Numbered from the stretch's first letter, positions 1-9,118 are shown. The stretch is 64,000 nt of DNA from Planctomycetota bacterium (GCA_965223265.1 OZ244999.1:5248001-5312000), one strand, 5' to 3'. Numbers and translations: made by a program. Notes: generated by a model not told the origin, from the sequence alone.

Positions 1-150
1 CGTCCGATCATCGTTGTCAGTGCCGCGCGGTCGTGCGTGGCCTCCCGCCACCGCTGAAGTGACGGGTCACATTGCAAATCAAGAGGTTCGGCTGTTGCCG
101 AGATTCTTCCCGCCCGGCGGGAATCGACGAACTTTTGTATGGAGTTAGCA

Positions 151-1349
151 ATGCCTCAGCCAAGGCGTTCAAACAATCGTTCCAGCGCGCGGACGGCGAG
201 TTCGGCCAAGCGCACAGCTGCCAGTAAGTCGGCCAGCTCGCGGAGCCGGAGCTCGACCCGGTCGCCCACGAGACGGGCGGCGACCAAGTCGAGTGCATCA
301 AAGCGTAGCGGCTCGAAGCGCACGGTCCGCAAGGGGACGACGGCACGCAAGGCGACGACGGCACGCAAGGCGACTTCGACGCGCCGCGCAAGCACCGCAC
401 GCAAGGCGACTTCGACGCGCCGCGCAAGCACCGCACGCAAGGCGACTTCGACGCGCCGCGCAAGCACCGCACGCAAGGCGACTTCGACGCGCCGCGCAAG
501 CACCGCACGCAAGGCGACTTCGACGCGCCGCGCAAGCACCGCACGCAAGGCGACGACGGCACGCAAGGCGACTTCGACGCGCCGCGCAAGCACCGCACGC
601 AAGGCGACGACGGCACGCAAGGCGACTTCGACGCGCCGCGCAAGCACCGCACGCAAGGCGACTTCGACGCGCCGCGCAAGCACCGCACGCAAGGCGACTT
701 CGACGCGCCGCGCAAGCACCGCACGCAAGGCGACGACGGCACGCAAAGCCTCGACCCGACGCGCAAGCACCGCACGCAAGGCGACTTCGACGCGCCGCGC
801 AAGCACCGCACGCAAGCGACGACGGCACGCAAGGCCTCGACCCGACGCGCAAGCACCGCACGCAAGGCTTCAACGCGCAAAGCCTCGACCCGACGCGCAA
901 GCACCGCACGCAAGGCGACTTCGACGCGCCGCGCAAGCACCGCACGCAAGGCGACGACGGCACGCAAGGCCTCGACCCGACGCGCAAGCACCGCACGCAA
1001 GGCTTCAACGCGCAAAGCCTCGACCCGACGCGCAAGCACCGCACGCAAGGCGACTTCGACGCGCCGCGCAAGCACCGCACGCAAGGCGACGACGGCACGC
1101 AAGGCCTCGACCCGACGCGCAAGCACCGCACGCAAGGCTTCAACGCGCAAGGCCTCGACCCGACGCGCAAGCACCGCACGCAAGGCTTCAACGCGCAAGG
1201 CCTCGACCCGACGCGCAAGCACCGCACGCAAGGCTTCAACGCGTAAGGCCTCGACCCGACGCGCAAGCACCGCACGCGGACGTATCCGTAGACGAGCGTC
1301 GACCGTCTCTGCACGCATCGCCCGTCGGCGCGCAGGTCGTCGCAGTTGA
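151..1349 (+). CDS. Histone H1/Hc2-like basic tandem-repeat protein, with a 1-bp frameshift at ~816
   Basis: ATG at 151 follows GGAG. The product is almost entirely K/R/A/S/T (KATSTRRASTAR, KATTAR, KASTR units). At 811-820 the unit reads cgcaagcgac instead of cgcaaggcgac. Restoring one G continues the same peptide repeat to ...RIARRRAGRRS-TGA at 1349 (~399 aa), just before a terminator. Confidence 0.75.
331..1277 (+). repeat. Coding tandem repeat array (36, 33, 18 and 15 bp units; two ~135-bp higher-order blocks)
   Basis: Near-identical units such as aaggcgacttcgacgcgccgcgcaagcaccgcacgc are directly visible. All unit lengths are multiples of 3. Confidence 0.95.
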
Positions 1350-1368
1350 TCGAATCGCAACGCTTTTC

Positions 1369-1398
1369 AAAGGGTCGGCATTCGCCGGCCCTTTTTTT
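1369..1398 (+). terminator. Rho-independent terminator
   Basis: Stem aaagggtcggc / gccggcccttt, loop attc, followed by T7. It lies 20 nt after the corrected stop at 1349. Confidence 0.85.
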
Positions 1399-1746
1399 GT
1401 GCCCTCGCGACGCCGCAGCGATCCTCAAAGTTGCGGCGTAGGCTTCCTACTGCGAGACGACTGGATGATCGCCCAGCGCTAACGCGAACGCTCTGCGCGT
1501 CTTGACCGACGGTCGACACGCTCGGTCGAGCGACTTGCGCCGCGACCAGGACGCCCGCCAGCAGCCTCCAGAATCGCTTGGCAGTTGTCTCCCCATCGTT
1601 TCGGATGTCCCCAACGAAAAAGAAACGAGACCTTCGTGCCGAAGCACCCCGAAGCCAGCGCGCGGAAGCGACGACTACAGTTGATTCGGTTCGAAGGTCT
1701 CGAGCGGGTTGTCCGGCAGCGTTCCGATGGGAACGCCGTCAAACGA

Positions 1747-3210
1747 TCAGTCGACGATCTCGTCGAACTTCTTGTTGATCACAGCCTTGAGCTCTGCCAA
1801 CAGTTCCTTGTCGCCTCCCGCAGGCCGGCCACCGGCCGCTTCGGGATCGACAAGCTGCTCTGCAGCTAGCTCTTCCTGCGTCAAACTGGAGATGATCTGC
1901 GTGCTTGCCAAATCGTCTTCAACAGCCGCTGGAGTAGGCGGCGGCGCTGCGGACACTGGAGCGCTGACCGACACCGACTGCGGTGCGCGCACCGCGTCCA
2001 TCATGACCGTAGGTTCCGGTTCCGCGTCTTCTACCGCCTCGTCTGCCGCTGCGCCCGCAGCCGCGGTCGAGATCACCGCGGAAAACCCTGAACGTCGGCG
2101 CACAGCAGCTGACGACGCTCCACGGCGCGGCGACTGAGCTCGCGCAGCGGCGTGGCGCTCAGATTGGCGCTGCTGCTCAAGGAGGGTGTTTTGTTCTTCG
2201 AGTTCTTCAAGCTCTTCACGCAGATCGTTCGCTTCCCGTCTCAGCTTGCGCATCCTGCGAGAACGCATCATGTGCCAGACGAGGAACAAGAACAGAACGC
2301 CGGCAACACCAGCGATGGACTTGTCGAACACGTCCCACGCAATGTCGCCAGTGAGCGCTTTGCGGTATTTGGCGGACGCGAAGCCAACGACTTCGTTCGA
2401 CAGTCCACGAAGATCCTTCTCGTAGATGAGAGCCGATGAGTCGGCCTGTCGTCCTTGGTCGGTGCCAGCCTGTGATTTCATTCGGCTAATCGTGACCGCC
2501 AGCTGGTCCTCACGTGCACTCGTGTTATCGAGCTGCTTCTGGATGGCCAGTTTCTCGCCGCGCAGGTCTGCGTTTTCCTTCTCCAACTTCTCCACGCGGG
2601 CGGTCAACTCAATGGCTCGGTCGTTGCCAGAGCTGCCATCGGCTCGGAGGGAACGAACGACAGCGTTGGCTCGATTGCTTTCATCCTCAAGCCGCGTGAC
2701 CTTCTCGAGAAGCTTCTTTCGATCCTCTCGCAGCGCTGAGTTCTCTTTGCGAAAGTTTTCGAGCTGCTCCCCGTGACGTCGGGAGGCCAAACGAAGGTCG
2801 GACAACTCCGTGACCGACTCGCTCGCCACGCTCTTCACCTTGTCCAAGCTCCGCTCGAGCATGGCATTCCGCGCCGAGATGTCGTCGAAGTTGGTCTGCA
2901 GATGACCATGATCACTAGTCAGTGTCTCAAGCTGCTGATTAGCCAGACGCAGCCGCGACTCAAGTTCCTCCGCATTCTGGATCGAAGCAGACTTTTCCGT
3001 CTCGAGCGTCTCGATCTGTTGATTGAGCCGATCGCGCTCCGTCAGCATCTCCTGAATCGATGCCTGCATTCGCCCCCTCTCGAACGTCAACTCGCTGATT
3101 TGACGATCGCGAAGTTCGATCTGACTGGCGCTCGTACATCCTCCGAGTACGATCAAAGCGGCCCATAGGGAAGACACCGCTAATCCACGCATTGCTCTTG
3201 ACGATTGCAT
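1747..3210 (-). CDS. Coiled-coil membrane lipoprotein of unknown function
   Basis: Signal with lipobox (LIVLGG-C), long heptad coiled coil, internal TM helix (IAGVAGVLFLFLVW), second coiled coil and low-complexity tail. Confidence 0.7.
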   Translation of the reverse strand: MQSSRAMRGLAVSSLWAALIVLGGCTSASQIELRDRQISELTFERGRMQASIQEMLTERDRLNQQIETLETEKSASIQNAEELESRLRLANQQLETLTSDHGHLQTNFDDISARNAMLERSLDKVKSVASESVTELSDLRLASRRHGEQLENFRKENSALREDRKKLLEKVTRLEDESNRANAVVRSLRADGSSGNDRAIELTARVEKLEKENADLRGEKLAIQKQLDNTSAREDQLAVTISRMKSQAGTDQGRQADSSALIYEKDLRGLSNEVVGFASAKYRKALTGDIAWDVFDKSIAGVAGVLFLFLVWHMMRSRRMRKLRREANDLREELEELEEQNTLLEQQRQSERHAAARAQSPRRGASSAAVRRRSGFSAVISTAAAGAAADEAVEDAEPEPTVMMDAVRAPQSVSVSAPVSAAPPPTPAAVEDDLASTQIISSLTQEELAAEQLVDPEAAGGRPAGGDKELLAELKAVINKKFDEIVD

Positions 3211-3442
3211 TCAAATTCCTCCTGATCGGCGATAGCGTCCTACTTCGCGCGCTCGCACTCGTAGCACAAGTCCGCGGGCAGGCTAGAGTCTCTCCCTATA
3301 TTGATTTCGGTAAGAAAGGCGGAGAAGTATACACTGCCGCCATCAACGGGCAACTCGCGCCGACGAAGAAGCGATAACGATACGTCGAGACCGTGCCACG
3401 CGAAGAGTGACGCGGTGCGATTCGCGACCAGAAGCACGTTCG

Positions 3443-4387
3443 TCAGGAGAAAAGATCTGAGAGGTCGGCCTCAAAGTCCGCTAACGTTGAACGCACGTGA
3501 CGCGGGAGTGACAACAGAACCAAGCGCGTGGTGCCTCGACGGGAGACCCAGTCACCCACTCTCAGCTGGCTCGTGTCACGGCCCTCCAGCGCTAAGGCCG
3601 CACGTGTCATGAGATGGGTCTCCATCGCGCGCACGTAGGCACTCCCGCCGCTGCCGTCCACACCGAGCACGCCAGCTCCCCGCGCGTGGAGGACATGGCA
3701 ACAGAGATCGACCACACGCTGCAGGAAGAGCGGCTGCGAGCTGGTCGTACGCCGAAGCCGCTGGCACTCCAGGAAGAAGCGCAGCCACACCGTTTCGCCA
3801 TCGTCGCGGAACGAAGCACCCGTCTCGCGACTCTCGTCGGCTTCCAGGGAGGCCTCGGACGCGCCGCCGTCCGGTTCAGCCGCGGCCTCACAGCTCGCGC
3901 GACTCGCGTTGAGTGCGGCGATCAGCTGGGAAACCGCTAGCTCAACGTGTCGGGCTGCTAACGGACAGAGAATGAGCGCCGACACGTTCTGCCGCACGAG
4001 TCGCTCTTTACCAGCCATGTGGCGATCGCAGAGAAACGCCACGAGAGGCGGTTTCGCCGTCGTTCCGACAGACCGAAAAAGCGCCTGGCCGCGCTGCGCC
4101 CAAAGCTCGAAATCCGTGATGACAGCGTCCCAACTCTCGGCGGCCAAGGTCTCGAGTGTCTGGCACGCGTCCTGCGTGCAGCTGACCGCGACACTTCGCG
4201 ACTCGAACCGACTGCGGAGAAGATCGCGTTCACGCACTCGGCGGGAAGCCAGCAGGATCCGAAACGGGTCTTGCGCCGAAGAATCCGCCGCCGCTTCGCT
4301 GGAGACCGCGCCCTCAGAGCTCGGTCCGTCGCGCGCCAGAAGCGCGTCGATCTCCTCACGACTGAGCAGCGAGTCGGGAGAATTCAT
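3443..4387 (-). CDS. Atypical receiver-domain protein with an N-terminal FliM-like peptide
   Basis: N-terminal LLSREEIDALL. Receiver-like segment RILLAS...WDAVITDFEL lacks the acidic pair and the conserved Lys. Possible GAF-like C-terminus. ATGA overlap with the FHA gene. Confidence 0.6.
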   Translation of the reverse strand: MNSPDSLLSREEIDALLARDGPSSEGAVSSEAAADSSAQDPFRILLASRRVRERDLLRSRFESRSVAVSCTQDACQTLETLAAESWDAVITDFELWAQRGQALFRSVGTTAKPPLVAFLCDRHMAGKERLVRQNVSALILCPLAARHVELAVSQLIAALNASRASCEAAAEPDGGASEASLEADESRETGASFRDDGETVWLRFFLECQRLRRTTSSQPLFLQRVVDLCCHVLHARGAGVLGVDGSGGSAYVRAMETHLMTRAALALEGRDTSQLRVGDWVSRRGTTRLVLLSLPRHVRSTLADFEADLSDLFS

Positions 4388-5202
4388 TCCTTTCCGGAAC
4401 TCGACTGAGCAGAAGACGAATCTGAACGCGTCGTGGAGTGAAGAATCCCAGCGGCGACTGCGCTCTCGCGGAGGGCCTCACGTACTGCATGCCGCAGCGC
4501 GTCGAGATCGCAGTCAGAATCGTGCTTGAGAAGTACTCGCTCCTTCGCATCCGAGATCATCTCGCGCAGCTGTGGACTGCCGCGCACCACCATCGCCACG
4601 ACCCGATCGAACAGATAACGCTCGAAGAGCGCCACCGCCATCGGTTGGTCTCGCAAGCTACCGGCCGCAGCCCAACGAATGAGCGCGTCCCTGGCTGCAG
4701 CGAGCGGTCGTTCGAGCTCGTCACGGCCTACACTCCCCTGCTCCGGGTCGACCGCAGTTTCCTCGACGGTAGCACCCTCGACAGGGGCAGAGAGCGGGCG
4801 CGACGCTTCGGTGCTGGCACCACCGTTGCCGCCTGTGTTCTTCAGCGTCACACGCCGCACGAGCTCGAGTACCTTTCCCGGATTGCGCATGTCGTCGAAG
4901 CCGCTGCGTCGGGTCCATGGACGAGACGTCACGACTAGAAGGACTGTGTTGCCGATTTCAATCACGTCATCCCGCGCCAGATCGGACCTCTCGACGCGTC
5001 GCCCGTTGACGAACGAGCCGTTGACGCTTTTGAGATCGATGAGCCGCAGCGTTGAGGCGCCTGGGACGATCGTACAGTGCTTGCGAGACAGGAGGGAGTC
5101 GTGAATCCGCACGTCAGCTCGTCGCGAGCGACCGAACACGAGCGGAGCCGCGGGCAGTGGGATGGATCGTACAACGTTGTCGTAGATATAGATCGTATCC
5201 AT
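4384..5202 (-). CDS. FHA domain protein
   Basis: FHA motifs FGR, LSRKH, DLKSVNGSFVNG and DVIEIG. Confidence 0.9.
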   Translation of the reverse strand: MDTIYIYDNVVRSIPLPAAPLVFGRSRRADVRIHDSLLSRKHCTIVPGASTLRLIDLKSVNGSFVNGRRVERSDLARDDVIEIGNTVLLVVTSRPWTRRSGFDDMRNPGKVLELVRRVTLKNTGGNGGASTEASRPLSAPVEGATVEETAVDPEQGSVGRDELERPLAAARDALIRWAAAGSLRDQPMAVALFERYLFDRVVAMVVRGSPQLREMISDAKERVLLKHDSDCDLDALRHAVREALRESAVAAGILHSTTRSDSSSAQSSSGKE

Positions 5203-5360
5203 CGTCAGTTCGCACTGCTGACTTCCGGAGCCGAACGTCGACGCCAGCGAGCGCAGGCCGGTCGACCTGTGCCCGCGCTGCTATTGTAGCACTGGCAAGC
5301 GGTCGCACCAGGATCCTACTCGCCCCTGCCTGGCGGGACGAGTCTGCCCTCCGGCGTACG

Positions 5361-5549
5361 TTGAGACATTTCGTCTGCCCTGGGGACCTTGCGCGTGCTC
5401 CAAAGCCTGCACGGCCCTTTGGGGAACGGGCCGACTCGGCCGGCGCTAACGGCCCGCCTGAAGAAGTCATTCGGCCGAAGAAACTGGCCTCTGAATCCCC
5501 GCGAAACTCGTCCGGCCAGGCCGGCGCGAAATGGCCAAACTCGAGGCTA
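5361..5549. mobile_element. Mosaic of MITE-like repeat modules abutting the fusA stop codon
   Basis: ~5493-5549 matches ~56962-57018. 5445-5491 is the reverse complement of ~56718-56762. ~5361-5428 resembles the reverse complement of ~56884-56952. Confidence 0.7.
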
Positions 5550-7649
5550 AGCTTCTTTCTCGATCTTCGCGAGAATCGCCGGCGGCACGATCGCGTACCC
5601 TTGCGGCTCCATCGAGTAGCTCCCACGACCACTCGTCAAGCTCCTGAGCGTGGTCGAATAGGCCGAGAGCTCGGCCAGCGGCACGTCTGCTAAGATGCTT
5701 CGCCCGTGCTGGCTCTCGGCGAGCTCGCGAATCAGGCCACGGCGTGAATTGAGATCGCCGAGTACCGAGCCAAGGTCATCCTCTGGCACGGTCGCCTCAA
5801 CTCGCATGATCGGCTCGAGCAGCACCGGAGCGCAGCGCTCCTCCGCCGCACGAGCCGCCTGAGCGCCACAGGCGTAAAACGCTATCTGACTCGAGTCTAC
5901 GTCGTGCATCTTGCCGTCGACGACGCAGACTCGCACGCCCTGAATCGGCGCCGCGCGGCGTCCGCCAGAGACGAAATGCTCACGTAAGCCTTTCTCTATC
6001 GCGACGAGAAACTCCTTGGTGATCTTGCCTTGCGTGATCTTGTCTTCGAATTCGATGCCGTCGCCCTCGATCGGCTCAAACTCAAACTGCGCCACGGCGA
6101 ACTGTCCTGATCCACCCGTTTGCTTGACATGACGGATCTCAAAACTCGCGGCCTTAGAAAGTGTCTGACGGTACGCCACGCGCGGACGTCCCGTCGCCAC
6201 CTTGAGACCGAACTCGTCGCGCAAACGGTGCACCACGACTTCGAGGTGGAGCTCGCCCATGCCTGAAATAATCGTCTGACCCGTTTCTTCATCCGTCTTG
6301 ACGTGGAAGGTAGGGTCTTCCCGAGCCACAACGCTGAGAATCTCGCCCAGCTTATCGCGGTCAGCGGTTACGGCGGGTTCGATCGCCATGGAGATCACGG
6401 GCTCGGCGAAGGTGGCGGCGCCGTAGACGATCGCGGCCTTCTGACGGCAGAGAGTGTCGCCCGTGGCGGAATGCTTCAGTCCCATGCAGGCGACAATCTG
6501 GCCTGCTCGGGCCTCTTCGATCGGCTCGCGAGACGCAGCATGCACGAGAAACAGCCTGCCAATTCTCTCGTTGCGCCGCAGCCGAGGGTTGTAGAGAGAC
6601 TCGCCGGACTTAAAGGATCCGGAGTAGACGCGGACGAAAGTTAAATCTCCGGTCGGATAGTGAACTGTCTTGAAGACCAGAGCTCCCAGCTCGGCAGCGG
6701 AGTTGGCTGGAAAGCTGATCTCATCGTCAGTCGATGGGCAATGTCCGACCACGGCGCCTTCGTCAGCCGGGCTCGGAAGGTATTCGATGATGCTGTCGAG
6801 AAGTGCGGGCACACCTCGATTGCGGAGCGCAGCTCCGAGAAGCACGGGCACAAACTGCTTGTCGCAGGTGGCGCGACGGATCACGTCTCTGACTACCGAT
6901 TCGCTGACCTCCTGCTCCTCGATCAACAGCTCGGTGAGTTCGTCGCTGAAGTGAGACAGTTCCTCAAGGAGGGAATCTCGCGCCTCCTGCGCCGCGGGGC
7001 GAAGATTGGCATCGATTTCAGACGTCGTAAAGAGAGCAGGGTCGTCGCTCTTTTCGGGAAAGCCGATCTGGACCATGCGGACCAGATCGATCAAGCCGCG
7101 AAACTCCGCCCCCTCACCCACCGGAAGCTGGATGGCATGTGCGTTCAGCTTCAACCGCTCGCGAAGCGAGTGGACCGCCTGGCCGAAATTAGCCCCGGTA
7201 CGATCCATCTTGTTGACGAAGGCCAAACGGGCGACCGAGTACTTGTCCATCTGGCGGTTGACTGTTTCGCTCTGCGCCTGCGCACCGGCGACGGAATCGA
7301 TCACGAGCACCGCGCCGTCCAGCACGCGCAAAGACCGCTCGACTTCAGCGGTAAAGTCGACGTGTCCGGGCGTATCGATCAAGTTGAACGTCGCACGTCC
7401 CCAATTGAAGTTCGTCACCGCCGAGCCGATCGTGATGCCTCGCTCCTGCTCTTCCTTCATGAAGTCCATCTTGGCTTCCCCGTCATGGACTTCGCCAATA
7501 CGGTGGATGCGCCCCGTCAACTTGAGCATGCGTTCGGTCACGGTCGTCTTGCCGCTATCGATATGGGCAACGACACCGATGTTTCGGACACGCTCCATGG
7601 CAGACGGTTTCTTCGGAGAACGAGGAGGATCAACGACGACAGGCGACAT
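5547..7649 (-). CDS. fusA: Elongation factor G (stand-alone copy)
   Basis: AHIDSGKT, ERGITI, DTPGHVDF, NKMD, GMGELHLE, HDVDSS and LLEPIM motifs; ~700 aa. Start could be 7667, 7649 or 7598. Confidence 0.95.
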   Translation of the reverse strand: MSPVVVDPPRSPKKPSAMERVRNIGVVAHIDSGKTTVTERMLKLTGRIHRIGEVHDGEAKMDFMKEEQERGITIGSAVTNFNWGRATFNLIDTPGHVDFTAEVERSLRVLDGAVLVIDSVAGAQAQSETVNRQMDKYSVARLAFVNKMDRTGANFGQAVHSLRERLKLNAHAIQLPVGEGAEFRGLIDLVRMVQIGFPEKSDDPALFTTSEIDANLRPAAQEARDSLLEELSHFSDELTELLIEEQEVSESVVRDVIRRATCDKQFVPVLLGAALRNRGVPALLDSIIEYLPSPADEGAVVGHCPSTDDEISFPANSAAELGALVFKTVHYPTGDLTFVRVYSGSFKSGESLYNPRLRRNERIGRLFLVHAASREPIEEARAGQIVACMGLKHSATGDTLCRQKAAIVYGAATFAEPVISMAIEPAVTADRDKLGEILSVVAREDPTFHVKTDEETGQTIISGMGELHLEVVVHRLRDEFGLKVATGRPRVAYRQTLSKAASFEIRHVKQTGGSGQFAVAQFEFEPIEGDGIEFEDKITQGKITKEFLVAIEKGLREHFVSGGRRAAPIQGVRVCVVDGKMHDVDSSQIAFYACGAQAARAAEERCAPVLLEPIMRVEATVPEDDLGSVLGDLNSRRGLIRELAESQHGRSILADVPLAELSAYSTTLRSLTSGRGSYSMEPQGYAIVPPAILAKIEKEA

Positions 7650-8101
7650 GAGACTTTCCGTTCGCAATTAAAAAAAAGTAAAAGTAACTGATAGGACTGG
7701 GGACAATTCTACTTCGTCGGCAGACTCGACGTTCAAGCTCACCGAAACCCCCGGATTCGCTCGGGTACGGCAGGTTGAAAGTCGAATAGCGGACGGCGCC
7801 AGGGCCCACTCTGCCCGACGCGGGTGACCAGACCGGACTCTGAGGTCGCCGGCTGGCCACGCCAACTACCTTGATGGCGCCTCGAGCAGTCCATCACTGC
7901 TTGACGAAGCAGCACCTTCGAAGGCATGTTGAGCGGCCGCAAGCGGAATCGAGAATTTTACGGGCCGTTCACCCCGGCGCAACCCTCGTGTTCGAGTTTT
8001 TTGTGCCCTTGCCCCCCGGGTCACCCCGCCCCACGGCAACGAGAAGGCCAGAACACTTCGCGGGCGAGCGAGGCTGCAGACCTGGCGCGGAACGACGGTT
8101 C

Positions 8102-8130
8102 TTGACGCCTTCGCATCTCTTTCCTATAAA
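8102..8130 (+). promoter_or_regulatory. sigma70-type promoter
   Basis: TTGACG - 17 nt - TATAAA, upstream of the Cys-rich ORF at 8326. Confidence 0.65.
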
Positions 8131-8325
8131 GTAGCGACACAAAGCTTGGCCCTCGAGCCTCGCATCGGGTGAGCACAGGTCAGAGCTCACCCTGGAAGGT
8201 TGGTCACCACCGTAAGAGGAACAGAGTCCGACACGGCGCTACGCTGCGTAGCGGGGTTGTGGAGACCCCATGCCGTGACTGTCGGGGTGAGACCTCAGAA
8301 CGTTAGAGAAAAGTTGGGAGGAGAC

Positions 8326-8610
8326 ATGAAGAGGTGTGGCCTCTGCGGCACCGCGTGGGAGGGTTATGGGAATCAACCGCGAACGCGTGAAGTGTGTGAA
8401 GGCTGCGGTGGGTACTTGCACTGCTGTCGGAACTGCCACCACTACGACGAGAGCAACAGCCGTTGTGGTCTTCCAGACACAGAGTACGTGGGCGGCCGGG
8501 AATCCCTCAACTATTGCGAAGATTTTCGCATCATTGATGACGGGGCGCGGGCCCACGAGCGCAAGGTGACGCAAGCCAAGGCCGCGTGGGAAGAGCTCTT
8601 TCGGCGCTGA
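8326..8610 (+). CDS. Small Cys-rich (zinc-finger-like) protein
   Basis: GGAGGAG RBS then ATG. Motifs CGLC, CEGC, HCCRNCHHYD and NYCEDF; 94 aa. Confidence 0.8.
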   Translation: MKRCGLCGTAWEGYGNQPRTREVCEGCGGYLHCCRNCHHYDESNSRCGLPDTEYVGGRESLNYCEDFRIIDDGARAHERKVTQAKAAWEELFRR

Positions 8611-8693
8611 CTTTGTAGCGGCCGCACCTTGAAACATGCTCCCGGTGAGGCTCTTTCCATCAGGAATTCGCTTCGCCTGGTCGTTCGATGGAC

Positions 8694-9083
8694 TCAGCCC
8701 CTCACGCTGTCATCCTCGTTCTCTGCGTCGCTGCCCTCGCGTGTCGTCGGCTCGACCGTCAGCGCGCGGCGGACACGCGCCTCGCGGAAGTAGGTTTCCT
8801 TCATGTCGCGCAGCGAATATCCCTTCCGCGTCAATACCTTGATCGCACCGATCAGTTCGATCACGTCTGGGTGAAAGAGTCTCTGTCCCGTCGGCGTCGT
8901 GGCTGCCGGCTCGATGAGGCCAAGGGTGACGTATCGATAGAGCACCTGGTGGGTGATCTCGGCGCGCTGCAACACCTCTGCCGGGCGCAGGAGCGAAGTC
9001 GGCGCGGATGTCGCACTTGGATCGCCGCCTGGATCGCGACGCTTCTCCTTTGACTGCGCGTCGGAGCTCGTCATGATACTCAT
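8694..9083 (-). CDS. MerR-family HTH regulator
   Basis: LRPAEVLQRAEITHQVLYRYVTLGLIEP...TPTGQRLF...GYSLRDMK is a MerR HTH signature. Start trimmed from the 9404 ORF, which overlaps birA. Confidence 0.8.
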   Translation of the reverse strand: MSIMTSSDAQSKEKRRDPGGDPSATSAPTSLLRPAEVLQRAEITHQVLYRYVTLGLIEPAATTPTGQRLFHPDVIELIGAIKVLTRKGYSLRDMKETYFREARVRRALTVEPTTREGSDAENEDDSVRG

Positions 9084-9118
9084 TATGACCGTCACTCGGC
9101 CGGCTGTCAGTACTTCAA

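Noticed and set aside
331-1277. CRISPR-like array of ~36-bp repeats
   Set aside because: The units are directly adjacent with no unique spacers, lengths are multiples of 3, the array is coding, and no cas genes are present.
17-1428. Long ORFs on the minus strand and in other frames of the repeat
   Set aside because: They are stop-free by-products of the repeat. Only the + frame from 151 has an RBS, a coherent composition and a terminator.
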